64,000 bases of DNA from an uncultured Candidatus Rokubacteria bacterium (GTDB lineage: Bacteria; Methylomirabilota; Methylomirabilia; Rokubacteriales; CSP1-6), in NCBI GenBank assembly GCA_963762145.1, contig CAVXJS010000011.1, positions 128,001 to 192,000 of the forward strand, written 5' to 3'. Under the pieces are notes generated by a model. The model saw only the letters and a program-made list of their open reading frames with translations. It did no database searches and had not been told where the DNA came from. Of this stretch, positions 37,175-49,063 are shown in pieces (within the stretch, counting starts at the first letter, position 1; each line of letters opens with the position of its first letter). The translations under genes and the position numbers were made by a program.

Positions 37175-38857
37175 TTGAACATCACCGATCATCTGACGGA
37201 CGCATTGAGGCACGCGCTCGACGCCGCCGGATTGCCCGCACCCCCCGAGGTGCAGTGGGAAATCCCGCGCGAAGCGCGGCACGGCGACTATGCGACCAAT
37301 GCCGCGATGGCGCTGGCGCGTGAGGCCCGCCGTCCGCCGCGCAAGATCGCGGAGGCGGTGGTGGCCAATTTCCCGAAATCGGAGGCCGTCCAGCGCCTGG
37401 AGATCGCGGGCCCCGGCTTCCTGAACGTCTTCCTCTCGCCGCGCTGGTGCGCGGCCGGGCTCCACCAGGTGCTCGCGGCGGGCGCGGAGTACGGCCGGTC
37501 CGACGCGGGCAAGGGCATGGGCGTGCTCCTCGAGTTCGTCTCGGCCAATCCGACCGGCCCGCTCGTGATCGTCAACGCGCGCGCGGCCGCGGTGGGCGAC
37601 GCGCTCGCGCGCATCTTCCGGAGCCAGGGCTACCGCGTCGAGTCGTGGTACTACGTCAACGACGCGGGCAATCAGTTCCTCGCCCTGGCGCGCTCGGTGG
37701 ACGTGCGGCTGCGGCAGGCGCTGGGCGAGGCGGCGGAGCTGCCCGAGAACTCGTACCCCGGCGAGTACGTGATCGACATGGTGGCGGAGTGGCTGGCCCG
37801 GGACCCGCAGGGGATGCGCGCGCTCGCCGCGCGGCCGGACGCGGAGCGGATCGAGCGCCTCGGGCGCCTCGCGGTCGACGCGATGGTGGAGAGCCAGCGG
37901 CGCGTGCTCGAGGCCTATGGCACGCGCTTCGACCGCTGGGCCCACGAGCAGCGCGACGTGCGCGACGTGGCTCGCCCCGAGGCCGCGATCGAGGCGCTGA
38001 CCGCGGCGGGCCACACCTACGAGCAGGACGGGGCGCTCTGGTTCCGCTCCACCGCGTTCGGCGACGACAAGGACCGGGTGCTGCGGAAGTCGGACGGGGA
38101 GCTGACCTACTTCGCGGTGGACATCGGCTTCCATCACTTCGAGAAGTTCCTGCGGGGCGACCACGTCATCAACTTCCTGGGGCCCGATCACCACGGCTAC
38201 GTGGAACGCATGCGCGCGGCGATGCGGGCGCTCGGCCACGCGCCCGAGCGCTTCGACGTGCTGATCGTCCAGCTCGTGACGCTGCTCCGCGACGGCCAGC
38301 CGGTGCGGATGTCCAAGCGCCGCGGCGAGTTCGTGCTGATGGAGGAGCTGCTGGAGGAGGTGGGCCGCGACGCGGCGCGCTTCACCTTCCTGACCCGGCG
38401 GCACGACAGCCCGCTCGAGTTCGACCTCGCGGTCGCCACGCGGCAGTCCTCCGACAACCCGGTGTTCTACGTGCAGTACGCCCACGCGCGCGTCGCCAGC
38501 CTCTTCCGGACCGCGGCGGAGCAGGGGGTGACGGTGCCGCCCTGGGCGGAGGTGGACTTCTCCCCGCTCGCGCTCGACGAGGAGCAGGCGCTCATCAAGC
38601 GGCTCCTGCAATACCCCGAGCTGGTGGCCGGCGCGGCGCGGGCCCGCGAGCCGCATCGCGTCGCCTATTATCTCAGCGAGCTGGCCGGGATCTTCCACCC
38701 GTACTACAAGGCCCATCGCGTGATCGTGTCGGACCGCGCGACGACCGTGGCGCGCCTGGGCCTCTGCGCCGCGGTGGGCCAGGTGGTCCGCAACGGCCTC
38801 GACCTCCTGGGCGTCTCCGCGCCCGACCGCATGAGCCGCGGCGAGGAGCGCGACTGA
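37175..38857 (+). CDS. argS: Arginyl-tRNA synthetase
   Basis: HGDYATN, AGPGFLN, EFVSANPTGPL, MSKRRG, YVQYAHAR. Confidence 0.97.
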   Translation: MNITDHLTDALRHALDAAGLPAPPEVQWEIPREARHGDYATNAAMALAREARRPPRKIAEAVVANFPKSEAVQRLEIAGPGFLNVFLSPRWCAAGLHQVLAAGAEYGRSDAGKGMGVLLEFVSANPTGPLVIVNARAAAVGDALARIFRSQGYRVESWYYVNDAGNQFLALARSVDVRLRQALGEAAELPENSYPGEYVIDMVAEWLARDPQGMRALAARPDAERIERLGRLAVDAMVESQRRVLEAYGTRFDRWAHEQRDVRDVARPEAAIEALTAAGHTYEQDGALWFRSTAFGDDKDRVLRKSDGELTYFAVDIGFHHFEKFLRGDHVINFLGPDHHGYVERMRAAMRALGHAPERFDVLIVQLVTLLRDGQPVRMSKRRGEFVLMEELLEEVGRDAARFTFLTRRHDSPLEFDLAVATRQSSDNPVFYVQYAHARVASLFRTAAEQGVTVPPWAEVDFSPLALDEEQALIKRLLQYPELVAGAARAREPHRVAYYLSELAGIFHPYYKAHRVIVSDRATTVARLGLCAAVGQVVRNGLDLLGVSAPDRMSRGEERD

Positions 38858-38858
38858 C

Positions 38859-39668
38859 ATGGCTTCCTCGGCGCGGCGGCGGGCGGGCGGCGCCCCGGGC
38901 GGGGCCCAGTGGATCGCGCTCGGCGGGTCCGTGCTGGTCATCCTGGGCCTCACGTTCGCGCTCGGGCTGCTGGTCGGTCGCCAGTGGGCGCGCCAGCCGG
39001 CCACCTCGGTGGTCGCGGGCGTCACGGACGCCGCCAAGAAGCCCGCCGCGTCCCCGCGCCGCAGCGGCATCGCGGCCGAGACCATGGCCGATCGCGCGCC
39101 CGAGTCCACCGAGAAGCTCACGTTCTACAAGACGCTGACCGAGCCGCTCGACGGACCCGGCGCCGCGCCGAAGCCCGAGGCGAAGTCGGTTGCGGTCAAG
39201 ATCCCGCCCGCCACACCCTCGAGCCTGCCGCCGCCGGCACCCGCGCCTCCGGCGGCCGCAGCCAGGCCCGCGCCCGCCCCGACGCCTCCGGCCGCTCAGC
39301 CCTCACTGCCCCCACCTCCCGGCAAGACTGCGGACGGGGGGAGTGCGGGGGCCATTTCTGGGCCCCCGCATTCAAACAATGCCTCAGCGAGCGCTCCAGT
39401 CAGCGCGTCCGCTAGCCCGTCCGCGAGCCCATCCACCCCGTACACCATCCAGGTCGGCGCCTACAAGAACCGCCGCCAGGCCGACGAGTCGCGGCAGCAG
39501 CTCGCCAGCGCCGGGCTGGACGCCTACGTGGTCGCCCTGACCGCGCAGGAAGGGGTGGCCCGCTACCGGGTGCGCGTCGGCACCTACCGGTCCCGCGAGG
39601 AGGCGGTCTCGGCCGCCGAGCGGATCCGGGCGCAGCGCTCGCTGCCCACGTTCGTCACGCCCAAGTAG
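38859..39668 (+). CDS. SPOR-domain protein (FtsN/DedD-like)
   Basis: N-terminal TM, LTFYKTL, Pro-rich linker, [14 protein letters not shown]. Confidence 0.9.
   Translation: MASSARRRAGGAPGGAQWIALGGSVLVILGLTFALGLLVGRQWARQPATSVVAGVTDAAKKPAASPRRSGIAAETMADRAPESTEKLTFYKTLTEPLDGPGAAPKPEAKSVAVKIPPATPSSLPPPAPAPPAAAARPAPAPTPPAAQPSLPPPPGKTADGGSAGAISGPPHSNNASASAPVSASASPSASPSTPYTIQVGAYKNRRQADESRQQLASAGLDAYVVALTAQEGVARYRVRVGTYRSREEAVSAAERIRAQRSLPTFVTPK
39337..39371 (+). repeat. REP-like element inside the SPOR coding sequence
   Basis: gggggagtgcgggggccatttctgggcccccgcat, identical to the reverse complement of 42345-42379. Confidence 0.85.
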
Positions 39669-39678
39669 CGCCCGTGAA

Positions 39679-39777
39679 TGGCGAGGCGCAGCCCAAGGCG
39701 AGCCGAGCGGATATGGTGTGGGAGGCGAGGGGGTGAGTGGCGAGGCGCAGCCCAAGGCGAGCCGAGCGGATATGGTG
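39679..39777 (+). repeat. Two identical 40-bp direct repeats, 59-bp period
   Basis: tggcgaggcgcagcccaaggcgagccgagcggatatggtg at 39679-39718 and 39738-39777. Confidence 0.92.
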
Positions 39778-40311
39778 GACCGGCGCATCGGACGCATCCT
39801 GATCTCTCGCGACGAGATCTCGGCCCGCGTGAGCGAGCTGGGGGAGGCCATCGGCCGGGACTACGCGGGGCGGTCGCCGGTGCTGGTCGGCGTGCTCAAG
39901 GGCGCGGTGGTCTTCACGGCCGATCTCCTGCGGGCCATCCCGCTGCCGGCCGCGATGGACTTCATGGCGGTGTCCTCCTACGGCTCGGGTACCCGCTCCT
40001 CGGGCGTGGTGCGCCTCACCGCCGACCTGTCGCTCTCCATCGAGGGGCGGGACGTGATCATCGTGGAGGACGTCATCGACTCGGGCCGGACCATCAGCTA
40101 CCTGCGCCGCAACCTGGCCACCCGGCATCCCAGGAGCCTGGCGCTCTGCGGGCTGCTGGACAAGGTCTCCCGCCGCGAGGTGGACGTGGACGTGGACTAC
40201 GTGGGCTTCGTGATCCCGGACGAGTTCGTGGTGGGTTACGGCCTCGACTTCGACGGCCGGCATCGGGAGCTGCCCGATCTGGCCGTCCTGGAGCCCTTGA
40301 CGCCCTCGTGA
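39772..40311 (+). CDS. hpt: Hypoxanthine phosphoribosyltransferase
   Basis: [30 protein letters not shown]. Confidence 0.96.
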   Translation: MVDRRIGRILISRDEISARVSELGEAIGRDYAGRSPVLVGVLKGAVVFTADLLRAIPLPAAMDFMAVSSYGSGTRSSGVVRLTADLSLSIEGRDVIIVEDVIDSGRTISYLRRNLATRHPRSLALCGLLDKVSRREVDVDVDYVGFVIPDEFVVGYGLDFDGRHRELPDLAVLEPLTPS

Positions 40312-40365
40312 TCCGGGGTGGGCCGGCCCCCGCAACCCCTCGCGGCGTATGGTATGATCCCCCCT

Positions 40366-42178
<1,813 letters not shown>

Positions 42179-42231
42179 CGGCCTGACGGAGCCACGCGGG
42201 CTGTCCGCCGAGCGCGGACTGTCCGCGGCCT

Positions 42232-42379
42232 GGGGGAGTGCGGGGCCATGTCTGGGCCCCCGCATTAGAAAAAGGGGCGGGTTCGTAAGTCAGCCCTCGC
42301 GGAAGGCCTCCGCGGACTCTGGTTTACCTCCTCAAACTTTCCATATGCGGGGGCCCAGAAATGGCCCCCGCACTCCCCC
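42232..42379. repeat. Inverted pair of REP-like elements (BIME-like)
   Basis: Plus copy 42232-42265 and minus copy 42345-42379, with cgcggact-containing flanks. Confidence 0.85.
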
Positions 42380-42463
42380 AACGCGCGGACTGCGTCCGCG
42401 CCCAATTTCCGGCTCCCGCGGGCGCCGGGTGCGGTGATAAGTTAGTCGTGGAGCAATCCCCCT

Positions 42464-43315
42464 ATGAACCGCGCGATCGTGGCAGGAGTGTCGGTCGGCG
42501 ATGGCCTGGACGTGGCCGTCGTGGGGGCGCTCAACGTGAGCCCGGAGTCCTTCTACGCGGGCTCCGTGGTCGCGGACGCCGATCGGCTGCTCCAGGCCGC
42601 GGAGGCCATGGCCCGGGCGGGAGCGGCGTGGCTCGACCTCGGCGCCATGTCCACCGCGCCCTATCTGGAGACCCGGATCCCGGAGGCGCAGGAAGCCGAC
42701 CGACTCCACTGGGCGGTAGGGCTGCTGACCGCCAAGCTCGATCTGCCCGTGTCCGCCGATGTGAGCCGCCTGGGCCCGGCCCGGGCCGCCCTCGAGGCCG
42801 GGGCCCGCATGATCAACGACGTGACCGGCCTGGCGGGTGATCCGGGCCTGGCGCGGCTGACCGCCGAGTCGGGTGCCGCCCTCGTGCTCATGGCCGCGCC
42901 GGCCGCGGCCGGCCCCCTCGGCGAGCCCGTGGCCACGGTGCGCCGGGCGCTCGAGCGCAGCCTGGCCCTCGCGCGCGCCGCCGGGATCCCGGATGAGCGC
43001 GTCCTGGTGGACCCGGGCATCGGCTTCTTCCGAGGCGACGGCGCGAGCTGGCCGGAGTGGGACTGCCGGGTCCTGGCGGGGTTGCCCGCGCTGCGTGCCC
43101 TCGGCCGCCCACTCCACGTCGGCGTTTCCCGGAAGTCGTTCATCGGGTCCGTGACCGGCGCGGCGGATCCCGCCGAGCGCCTGCCGGGCTCGCTGGCGGC
43201 GGCGGCGGCGGCGGTGCTGGGCGGCGCGCACGTCATCCGCGCCCACGACGTGGGCGAGACGATCCAGGCGGTCCGGGTGGCCGAAGCCATCCGTCGCGCC
43301 ATCGAGCGCGGGTAG
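42464..43315 (+). CDS. folP: Dihydropteroate synthase
   Basis: LNVSPESF, INDVTG, VDPGIGF, GVSRKSFIG, RAHDV. Confidence 0.93.
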   Translation: MNRAIVAGVSVGDGLDVAVVGALNVSPESFYAGSVVADADRLLQAAEAMARAGAAWLDLGAMSTAPYLETRIPEAQEADRLHWAVGLLTAKLDLPVSADVSRLGPARAALEAGARMINDVTGLAGDPGLARLTAESGAALVLMAAPAAAGPLGEPVATVRRALERSLALARAAGIPDERVLVDPGIGFFRGDGASWPEWDCRVLAGLPALRALGRPLHVGVSRKSFIGSVTGAADPAERLPGSLAAAAAAVLGGAHVIRAHDVGETIQAVRVAEAIRRAIERG

Positions 43316-43321
43316 CCCGCC

Positions 43322-44146
43322 ATGTGGCCTGCGCTGCAGACCTTCCGGCTCCGTGACGCCATCGACATCGTGGTGGTGGCCATCGTGCTCTACCGCGTCT
43401 TCGTGATGTTCAAGGAGACGCGGGCGATCCAGATGCTCCTCGGCCTCGCCGGTCTCATGGTCGCGTCGTTCGTGGCGCGGCAGTTCGACCTCTTCAGCAC
43501 GAGCTGGCTGCTCGACAACTTCTGGTCGTTCTGGGTGCTCGCTCTGATCGTGCTGTTCCAGCCCGAGCTGCGCCGGGCGCTCACCCGGCTCGGCGAGAGC
43601 CGGCTCCTCCAGGGCATGGCCCTGGGGGCACGGGAGGAGCGCGGCCAGCTCATCGACGAGGTCATCAAGGCGGCCGACGCGCTGGCCAGCAAGCGCATCG
43701 GCGCCCTCATCGTGCTCGAGCGCAGCACCGGTCTGCGCAACTACGCGGAGCTCGGGGTGCCGCTCGACGCGATGGTCTCGGCCGACCTGCTCGTGAGCCT
43801 GTTCCTGCCCTACTCGCCGCTGCACGACGGCGCCGCCTTCATCCGGGGCGATCGGATCGCCGCGGCCGGGTGCTTCCTGCCGCTGTCGCGCAACACCCAG
43901 CTCGGCCGGAACATGGGCACGCGGCACCGGGCCGGCCTGGGCCTGGCCGAGGAGACGGACGCGGTCGTGCTGATCGTCTCCGAGGAGGCCGGGCGCATCT
44001 CGCTGGCGGTGGACGGCCAGATGGAGTCGCCGCTCGATCTCGACGCGCTCCGCCGCCGTCTGGCCGAGCTCTTCTCACTGGAAGAGGCGCCCCTGCCGCG
44101 CCGAACCGCCTGGTGGGAGCCGGCGCGTGAGTGGCTGCGCAAATGA
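43322..44146 (+). CDS. cdaA: Diadenylate cyclase
   Basis: 3 TM, FQPELRRAL, PLHDGA, GTRHRA, VSEE. Confidence 0.95.
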   Translation: MWPALQTFRLRDAIDIVVVAIVLYRVFVMFKETRAIQMLLGLAGLMVASFVARQFDLFSTSWLLDNFWSFWVLALIVLFQPELRRALTRLGESRLLQGMALGAREERGQLIDEVIKAADALASKRIGALIVLERSTGLRNYAELGVPLDAMVSADLLVSLFLPYSPLHDGAAFIRGDRIAAAGCFLPLSRNTQLGRNMGTRHRAGLGLAEETDAVVLIVSEEAGRISLAVDGQMESPLDLDALRRRLAELFSLEEAPLPRRTAWWEPAREWLRK

Positions 44147-44520
44147 GCGTGCTCACGCGACACTGGGAGCTCAAGCTGCTCGCGCTGGGCGTCTCCATGG
44201 TGCTCTGGGCTTTCGTCATGACCTCCGAGAAGTCGGACCTGATCATGGCCGCGCCGCTGGAGCTCGACAATATCCCGGCCGGGCTCGAGGTGAAGGGAGA
44301 CCGACCGGACAGCGTGGACGTGCAGCTGCACGGTCTGCGCGGAACGCTGTCGCGCCTCGGAAGCGATCGGGTGAAGGCGCGGCTCAACCTCTCAGGATCG
44401 AAAGCGGGTGAGGTGACGATGCGTGTGCTTCCCGAGCAGATCACGGTGCCGCCCGGCGTCACGGTGGTGCGGGTGAATCCCTCCCGCGTCCGCCTCATCC
44501 TCGGATCTCCCCGCTCGTGA
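44143..44520 (+). CDS. cdaR: CdaR/YbbR-like regulator (single domain)
   Basis: LKLLAL..SMVLW.FV anchor plus one YbbR-like domain; between cdaA and glmM. Confidence 0.8.
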   Translation: MSVLTRHWELKLLALGVSMVLWAFVMTSEKSDLIMAAPLELDNIPAGLEVKGDRPDSVDVQLHGLRGTLSRLGSDRVKARLNLSGSKAGEVTMRVLPEQITVPPGVTVVRVNPSRVRLILGSPRS

Positions 44521-45866
44521 GCCGCCTCTTCGGCACCGACGGCATCCGGGGCCTCGCCAACACGCCCCCGCTGACCACCGAGCTGGCCTTCCGCCTCGGG
44601 CGGCAGCTCGTCGCCACCCTGATCCAGCACGACCCCACCAAGAAGACGCGCCTGGTCGTCGGGCGCGACACGCGGCTCTCCGGGCCCATGCTCGAGGGCG
44701 CGCTGGTCTCCGGCGCGCTCTCCGCGGGCGGCGACGTCTATGCGGTCGGCGTGCTGCCGACCCCCGCGATCGCGTATCTTACGCGGCGGCTCGAGGCCCA
44801 CGGCGGGGTGGTGCTGTCCGCCTCCCACAATTCGTTCGAGGACAACGGCATCAAGATCTTCTCCTCGGAGGGCTCCAAGTTTCCCGACGCCTGGGAAGAG
44901 GAGATCGAGGGACGGCTGAACGGTCCCGACACCGCGCCGTGGCCCACCGGCGTCGACATCGGCCGGCTCGTGGTCCACGAGGCGGCCGAGGCCGACTACA
45001 TCGCGCACGCGCGCGCGTCGTGCCCGCACGATCTCCGTGACGTGCGCATCGTCCTCGACTGCGCGCACGGCGCGACCTACCGGGTGGCTCCCGAGATCTT
45101 CCGCCGCCTGGGCGCCGACGTGCGGGTGCTGAACGCGAGCCCCGACGGGCAGAACATCAACCGCGGCGTCGGCGCCATGCACCCGGAGGGCCTGCAGAAG
45201 GAGGTCCTGCGCTCGCGGGCCCACCTCGGGCTCGCCTTCGACGGCGACGGGGACCGGCTCATCTCGGTGGACGAGACGGGCGAGATCCGGGACGGCGACT
45301 TCGCGCTGGCCATCTGCGGGCGGCATCTCGCGCGGCGCGGGCAGCTCAAGGGAGGCACCGTGGTCACCACCGTCATGGCCAACCTCGCGCTCGACCGGAC
45401 CCTGACCCGGGCCGGCATCGGGGTCGCGAAGGTCGCGGTCGGGGACCGGTACGTGCTGGAGGAGATGCTGCGCATCGGCGCCAACCTGGGCGGCGAGCAA
45501 TCCGGCCATCTGCTCTTCCTCGATCACACCACCACCGGCGACGGCATCGTCTCCGCCCTCCAGCTCATCGGGGTCATGCGCGAGAGCGGCGTCTCGCTGG
45601 GCGAGCTGTCCCGGTGCCTCGTGAAGTTCCCCCAGGTGCTCGTCAACGTGCGGGTGAAGAGCAAGCCGCCGGTGAGCACGATTCCGGATCTCGCGGAGCG
45701 GGCCCAGGTGCTCGAGGCGGAGATGAACGGCGCGGGGCGGATCCTGCTGCGCTACTCCGGCACCGAGTCGCTCCTGCGCGTGATGATCGAAGGCGAGGAG
45801 CAGGCGCGCATCGAGCATATGGCCGAGGAGCTCGCCGGCATCATCCGCCGGTCCATCGGGGCATGA
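44517..45866 (+). CDS. glmM: Phosphoglucosamine mutase
   Basis: LFGTDGIRG, SASHN, DGDGDR, GGEQSGH, RYSGTE. Confidence 0.97.
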   Translation: MSRLFGTDGIRGLANTPPLTTELAFRLGRQLVATLIQHDPTKKTRLVVGRDTRLSGPMLEGALVSGALSAGGDVYAVGVLPTPAIAYLTRRLEAHGGVVLSASHNSFEDNGIKIFSSEGSKFPDAWEEEIEGRLNGPDTAPWPTGVDIGRLVVHEAAEADYIAHARASCPHDLRDVRIVLDCAHGATYRVAPEIFRRLGADVRVLNASPDGQNINRGVGAMHPEGLQKEVLRSRAHLGLAFDGDGDRLISVDETGEIRDGDFALAICGRHLARRGQLKGGTVVTTVMANLALDRTLTRAGIGVAKVAVGDRYVLEEMLRIGANLGGEQSGHLLFLDHTTTGDGIVSALQLIGVMRESGVSLGELSRCLVKFPQVLVNVRVKSKPPVSTIPDLAERAQVLEAEMNGAGRILLRYSGTESLLRVMIEGEEQARIEHMAEELAGIIRRSIGA

Positions 45867-46276
45867 GCCGGGTGCTGGGCATCGGGGTCGACCTCACCCA
45901 GATGTCCCGGATGCGCCGCGTGGTGGCCCGCTGGGACGAGCGCTTTCTTCAACGGGTCTTCACCGAGCAAGAGATTGCGTATTGCCGTCGGCGCCGAGAT
46001 CCGATCCCTCACTTCGCGGCGCGCTTCGCGGCCAAGGAGGCCACGCTCAAGGCGCTCGGGACCGGTCTCAGCATGGGCGTGAGCTGGCGCGAGCTCGAGG
46101 TCCGGCGCGAGCGTGGGCAGGCCCCCACCATGACGCTCCACGGCGCGAGCCGCGCCATCGCCCTGGCCAAGGGTGGCGCCCGTGTGCTGCTCTCGCTCAC
46201 CCACGATGGCGAGTACGCGATGGCGCAGGCCATGCTGATCGGCGACTCCGCGGATGACGAGGCGAGGCCCCGGTAG
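45863..46276 (+). CDS. acpS: Holo-ACP synthase
   Basis: GIGVD, FAARFAAKEA..KALGTG, LSLTH. Confidence 0.95.
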   Translation: MSRVLGIGVDLTQMSRMRRVVARWDERFLQRVFTEQEIAYCRRRRDPIPHFAARFAAKEATLKALGTGLSMGVSWRELEVRRERGQAPTMTLHGASRAIALAKGGARVLLSLTHDGEYAMAQAMLIGDSADDEARPR

Positions 46277-47048
46277 TCTCGTGGTCGGTCTCGCCCTCCT
46301 CGTCCAGGGTTGCGCGGGGCTGATCACGGGGAAGGATTCGGCCGAGGCGCCGCCCGCGCCCGCCACCCCGACGCCCCGGACGCCGGTTCCCGGCGGGACG
46401 GTGCAGGTCGAGAAGGGCCGCCCCGGCTTCGTCATCGCCGCCCCCCACGGCAGCTCCGACATCGCCACCGACGTGATGGGGCGCGCGCTCGCGAAGCTCA
46501 CCGACTTCGGTCTGGTCGTCGCGACCGGGTACACCAACCTCGACGGCGAGGGCCGCCGGTTCAACGTCAATCGCCCGACCGAGAGCGTCCCCGGGGCCGC
46601 CGCGCGGCTCGAGGTGGAGACCGCCGCCGCGCGCCAGGTCTACCAGGACTATCGCCGGTACGTGGCCGAGGCCGCCCAGGGCGTGGTCCGGCTCTACGTG
46701 GAGCTGCACGGCAACATGCGGCCGGAGAGCGCGGGCCGTGTGGAGATCGCCACGGTGGGCGTGAGTCGGGACGAGGCCTGGCGGCTCAAGACGCTCCTGG
46801 AGCTGATCCGGGACAGCCGGCTGCCGGCGGACGGTGACGTGCCGCGCCTCGAGGTGTGGGTGGAGTTGCAGGATCCCGTGGTCTACACCGCTTCCGCGGC
46901 GAAGCAGTCCGGCATCCTGGCCCAGACGCCGCTCGCGCTGCACATCGAGCTGCCGCGCGTGGCGCGGACCACCCATCGCGAGGCCTACACGACGGTGCTC
47001 GCCGACTTCCTCATCCAGTCGGCGGCCCTGCTGCTGCCTCCCCGCTGA
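46254..47048 (+). CDS. Lipoprotein, possible Zn-dependent amidohydrolase fold
   Basis: Lipobox VQGC; APHG and ELHG motifs. Confidence 0.6.
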   Translation: MTRRGPGSLVVGLALLVQGCAGLITGKDSAEAPPAPATPTPRTPVPGGTVQVEKGRPGFVIAAPHGSSDIATDVMGRALAKLTDFGLVVATGYTNLDGEGRRFNVNRPTESVPGAAARLEVETAAARQVYQDYRRYVAEAAQGVVRLYVELHGNMRPESAGRVEIATVGVSRDEAWRLKTLLELIRDSRLPADGDVPRLEVWVELQDPVVYTASAAKQSGILAQTPLALHIELPRVARTTHREAYTTVLADFLIQSAALLLPPR

Positions 47049-47053
47049 CGCCC

Positions 47054-48604
47054 GTGTTGCCCGTCTTCACCGCCGCGGAGATGCGGGCGCTCGACGCGCG
47101 CGCCATCCGGGAGCTCGGCATTCCCGGGCCCCGCCTCATGGACCACGCGGGCACCGGCGCGGCCACGCTCATCGCGCGCTGGCTCGCGCCGATCCGCGGC
47201 AAGACGGTCGCCGTCGTGTGCGGCAAGGGCAACAACGGCGGCGACGGCTTCGTGGTCGCGCGCCGGCTCAAGGCCCGCGGCGCGGTGGTGCGCGTGCTGC
47301 TGGTGGGCCGCCGCGCCGAGGTGCGCGGCGACGCGGCGGACGCGCTCGAGCGCTGGCGCGGGCGCGTCGAGGAGATCGCGGACCCGGCCGGGCTCGCCCC
47401 CGCCCTGAGCGCCGCCGATCTCATCGTGGACGCGCTGCTCGGCACCGGTGTGAGCGGCGCCGCGCGTGGAGCGGTCGCCGCCGCCATCGAGGCGATCAAC
47501 CGGGCCGGCGCCACCGGGGTGCCGGTCGTCGCGCTCGACCTGCCCTCCGGCCTCGACGCGGATCACGGCGCGCTCCTGGGGCCGACGGTCAAGGCCGGGC
47601 GCACCGTCACCTTCGCGGGACTCAAGCGAAGCCTGCTCCAGGCCCCGGCGGCCGCCCAGGCCGGCGCGGTCGAGATCGGCGACATCGGCGTGTCCGCCGA
47701 CGAGGCCCGCCGGGGTATCACCACCTGGCGCCTCGAGGTCCCCGACGTGCGCCCGCTCTTTCCGCCGCGCGATCTCGACGCCCACAAGGGCCGCTTCGGC
47801 CACCTGCTGGTGGTGGCGGGCTCGCTCGGCAAGACCGGCGCCGCCGTCCTCGCGGGGCGGGCCGCGCTGCGCAGCGGCGTCGGCCTCTGCACGATCGCCG
47901 CACCCGCCTCGCAGCAGCCCATCATCGCCGCGCAGGCGCCCGAGTACATGACCGAGGCGCTGCCCGAGACGAGCGCGCAGAGTCTGTCCCTCACGGCCGC
48001 CGACCGCATCCTGGAGCTGGCGCGGCGCATGGACGCCGTCGCCATCGGTCCCGGGCTCTCGCTCGATCCGGAAGCCCAGGAGCTGGCGCGGCGGCTGATC
48101 CGCGAGATCGATCGGCCGATGGTGGTGGACGCCGACGCGCTGAGCGCCCTGGCCGGCCATCTCGATCTGCTGCGCCATGCGGCGGGCCCGCGTGCGCTCA
48201 CCCCGCACCCCGGCGAGATGGCGCGGATGCTCGGCACCACGGTCGAGGTCGTGCAGGCCGACCGGATCGAGATCGCGCGTGGGTTCGCGCGCGATCACCG
48301 CGTGGCCATCGCGCTGAAGGGGGCTTACACCGTGATCGCAGGTCCGGACGGCCACGTGGCGATCAATCCCACCGGCAATCCCGGCATGGCCAAGGGGGGA
48401 TCGGGTGACGTGCTGACCGGGATCGCGGGCGCGCTGCTCGCGCGGGAGGTCGGCCCCGCCGCCGCGCTGCGCGCGGGCTGCTACGTCCACGGCCTCGCGG
48501 CGGACGTGGCGGTGCGCGACCGGGGCGAGTACGGGATGCTGGCGGGCGACATCGTCGAGGGGCTGCCCGCCGCCCTCCGCGCGCTCGCGGAGGGGGGCGC
48601 GTGA
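47054..48604 (+). CDS. nnr: Bifunctional NAD(P)HX epimerase/dehydratase
   Basis: GKGNNGGDG, DALLGTG, HKG.FG, LTPHPGE, GGSGDVLTG. Confidence 0.95.
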   Translation: MLPVFTAAEMRALDARAIRELGIPGPRLMDHAGTGAATLIARWLAPIRGKTVAVVCGKGNNGGDGFVVARRLKARGAVVRVLLVGRRAEVRGDAADALERWRGRVEEIADPAGLAPALSAADLIVDALLGTGVSGAARGAVAAAIEAINRAGATGVPVVALDLPSGLDADHGALLGPTVKAGRTVTFAGLKRSLLQAPAAAQAGAVEIGDIGVSADEARRGITTWRLEVPDVRPLFPPRDLDAHKGRFGHLLVVAGSLGKTGAAVLAGRAALRSGVGLCTIAAPASQQPIIAAQAPEYMTEALPETSAQSLSLTAADRILELARRMDAVAIGPGLSLDPEAQELARRLIREIDRPMVVDADALSALAGHLDLLRHAAGPRALTPHPGEMARMLGTTVEVVQADRIEIARGFARDHRVAIALKGAYTVIAGPDGHVAINPTGNPGMAKGGSGDVLTGIAGALLAREVGPAAALRAGCYVHGLAADVAVRDRGEYGMLAGDIVEGLPAALRALAEGGA

Positions 48605-49047
48605 GCGCGCCGCGGACGCTGCACTCGCGGAGCCCCGAGGAGACGCAGGCCATCGGCGAGCGGCTCGGCGCGCGCCTCACTCCGGGCACGGTCGTGGCCT
48701 GCACCGGCGAGCTGGGGGCGGGGAAGACGTGCTTTCTCCAGGGGCTCGCGCGCGGCCTCGGCGTCACCACCGACGTGACGAGCCCGACCTTCGTGCTGAT
48801 CAACCAGTATCGCGGGCGCCTGCCCGTCTACCACCTCGACGCCTACCGCACCGGCAGCCTCACCGAGCTGGTGGACCTCGGGCTCGAGGAGATGCTGCAC
48901 GGCGACGGGGTGACCGTGGTCGAGTGGGCCGACAAGCTGCTGCCGCTCCTGCCCGCGGCCCGCACCATCCACGTCCACCTGCGCGGCCTCGGCGACGAGC
49001 CTCGCGAGATCACGATCGAGGGCCCGGCGATCTCCGCCGCGGAGTGA
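48601..49047 (+). CDS. tsaE: tRNA threonylcarbamoyladenosine biosynthesis ATPase
   Basis: GELGAGKT, VTSPTF, HLDAYR, VEW. Confidence 0.96.
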   Translation: MSAPRTLHSRSPEETQAIGERLGARLTPGTVVACTGELGAGKTCFLQGLARGLGVTTDVTSPTFVLINQYRGRLPVYHLDAYRTGSLTELVDLGLEEMLHGDGVTVVEWADKLLPLLPAARTIHVHLRGLGDEPREITIEGPAISAAE

Positions 49048-49063
49048 TGGAGGATCGCGGCGT

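Noticed and set aside
39679-39777. Possible mini CRISPR array
   Set aside because: Only two repeats, a 19-nt spacer, no cas genes and no leader
43322-45866. c-di-AMP module in a diderm as a novelty
   Set aside because: The folP-cdaA-cdaR-glmM arrangement is already known from deltaproteobacteria-like lineages
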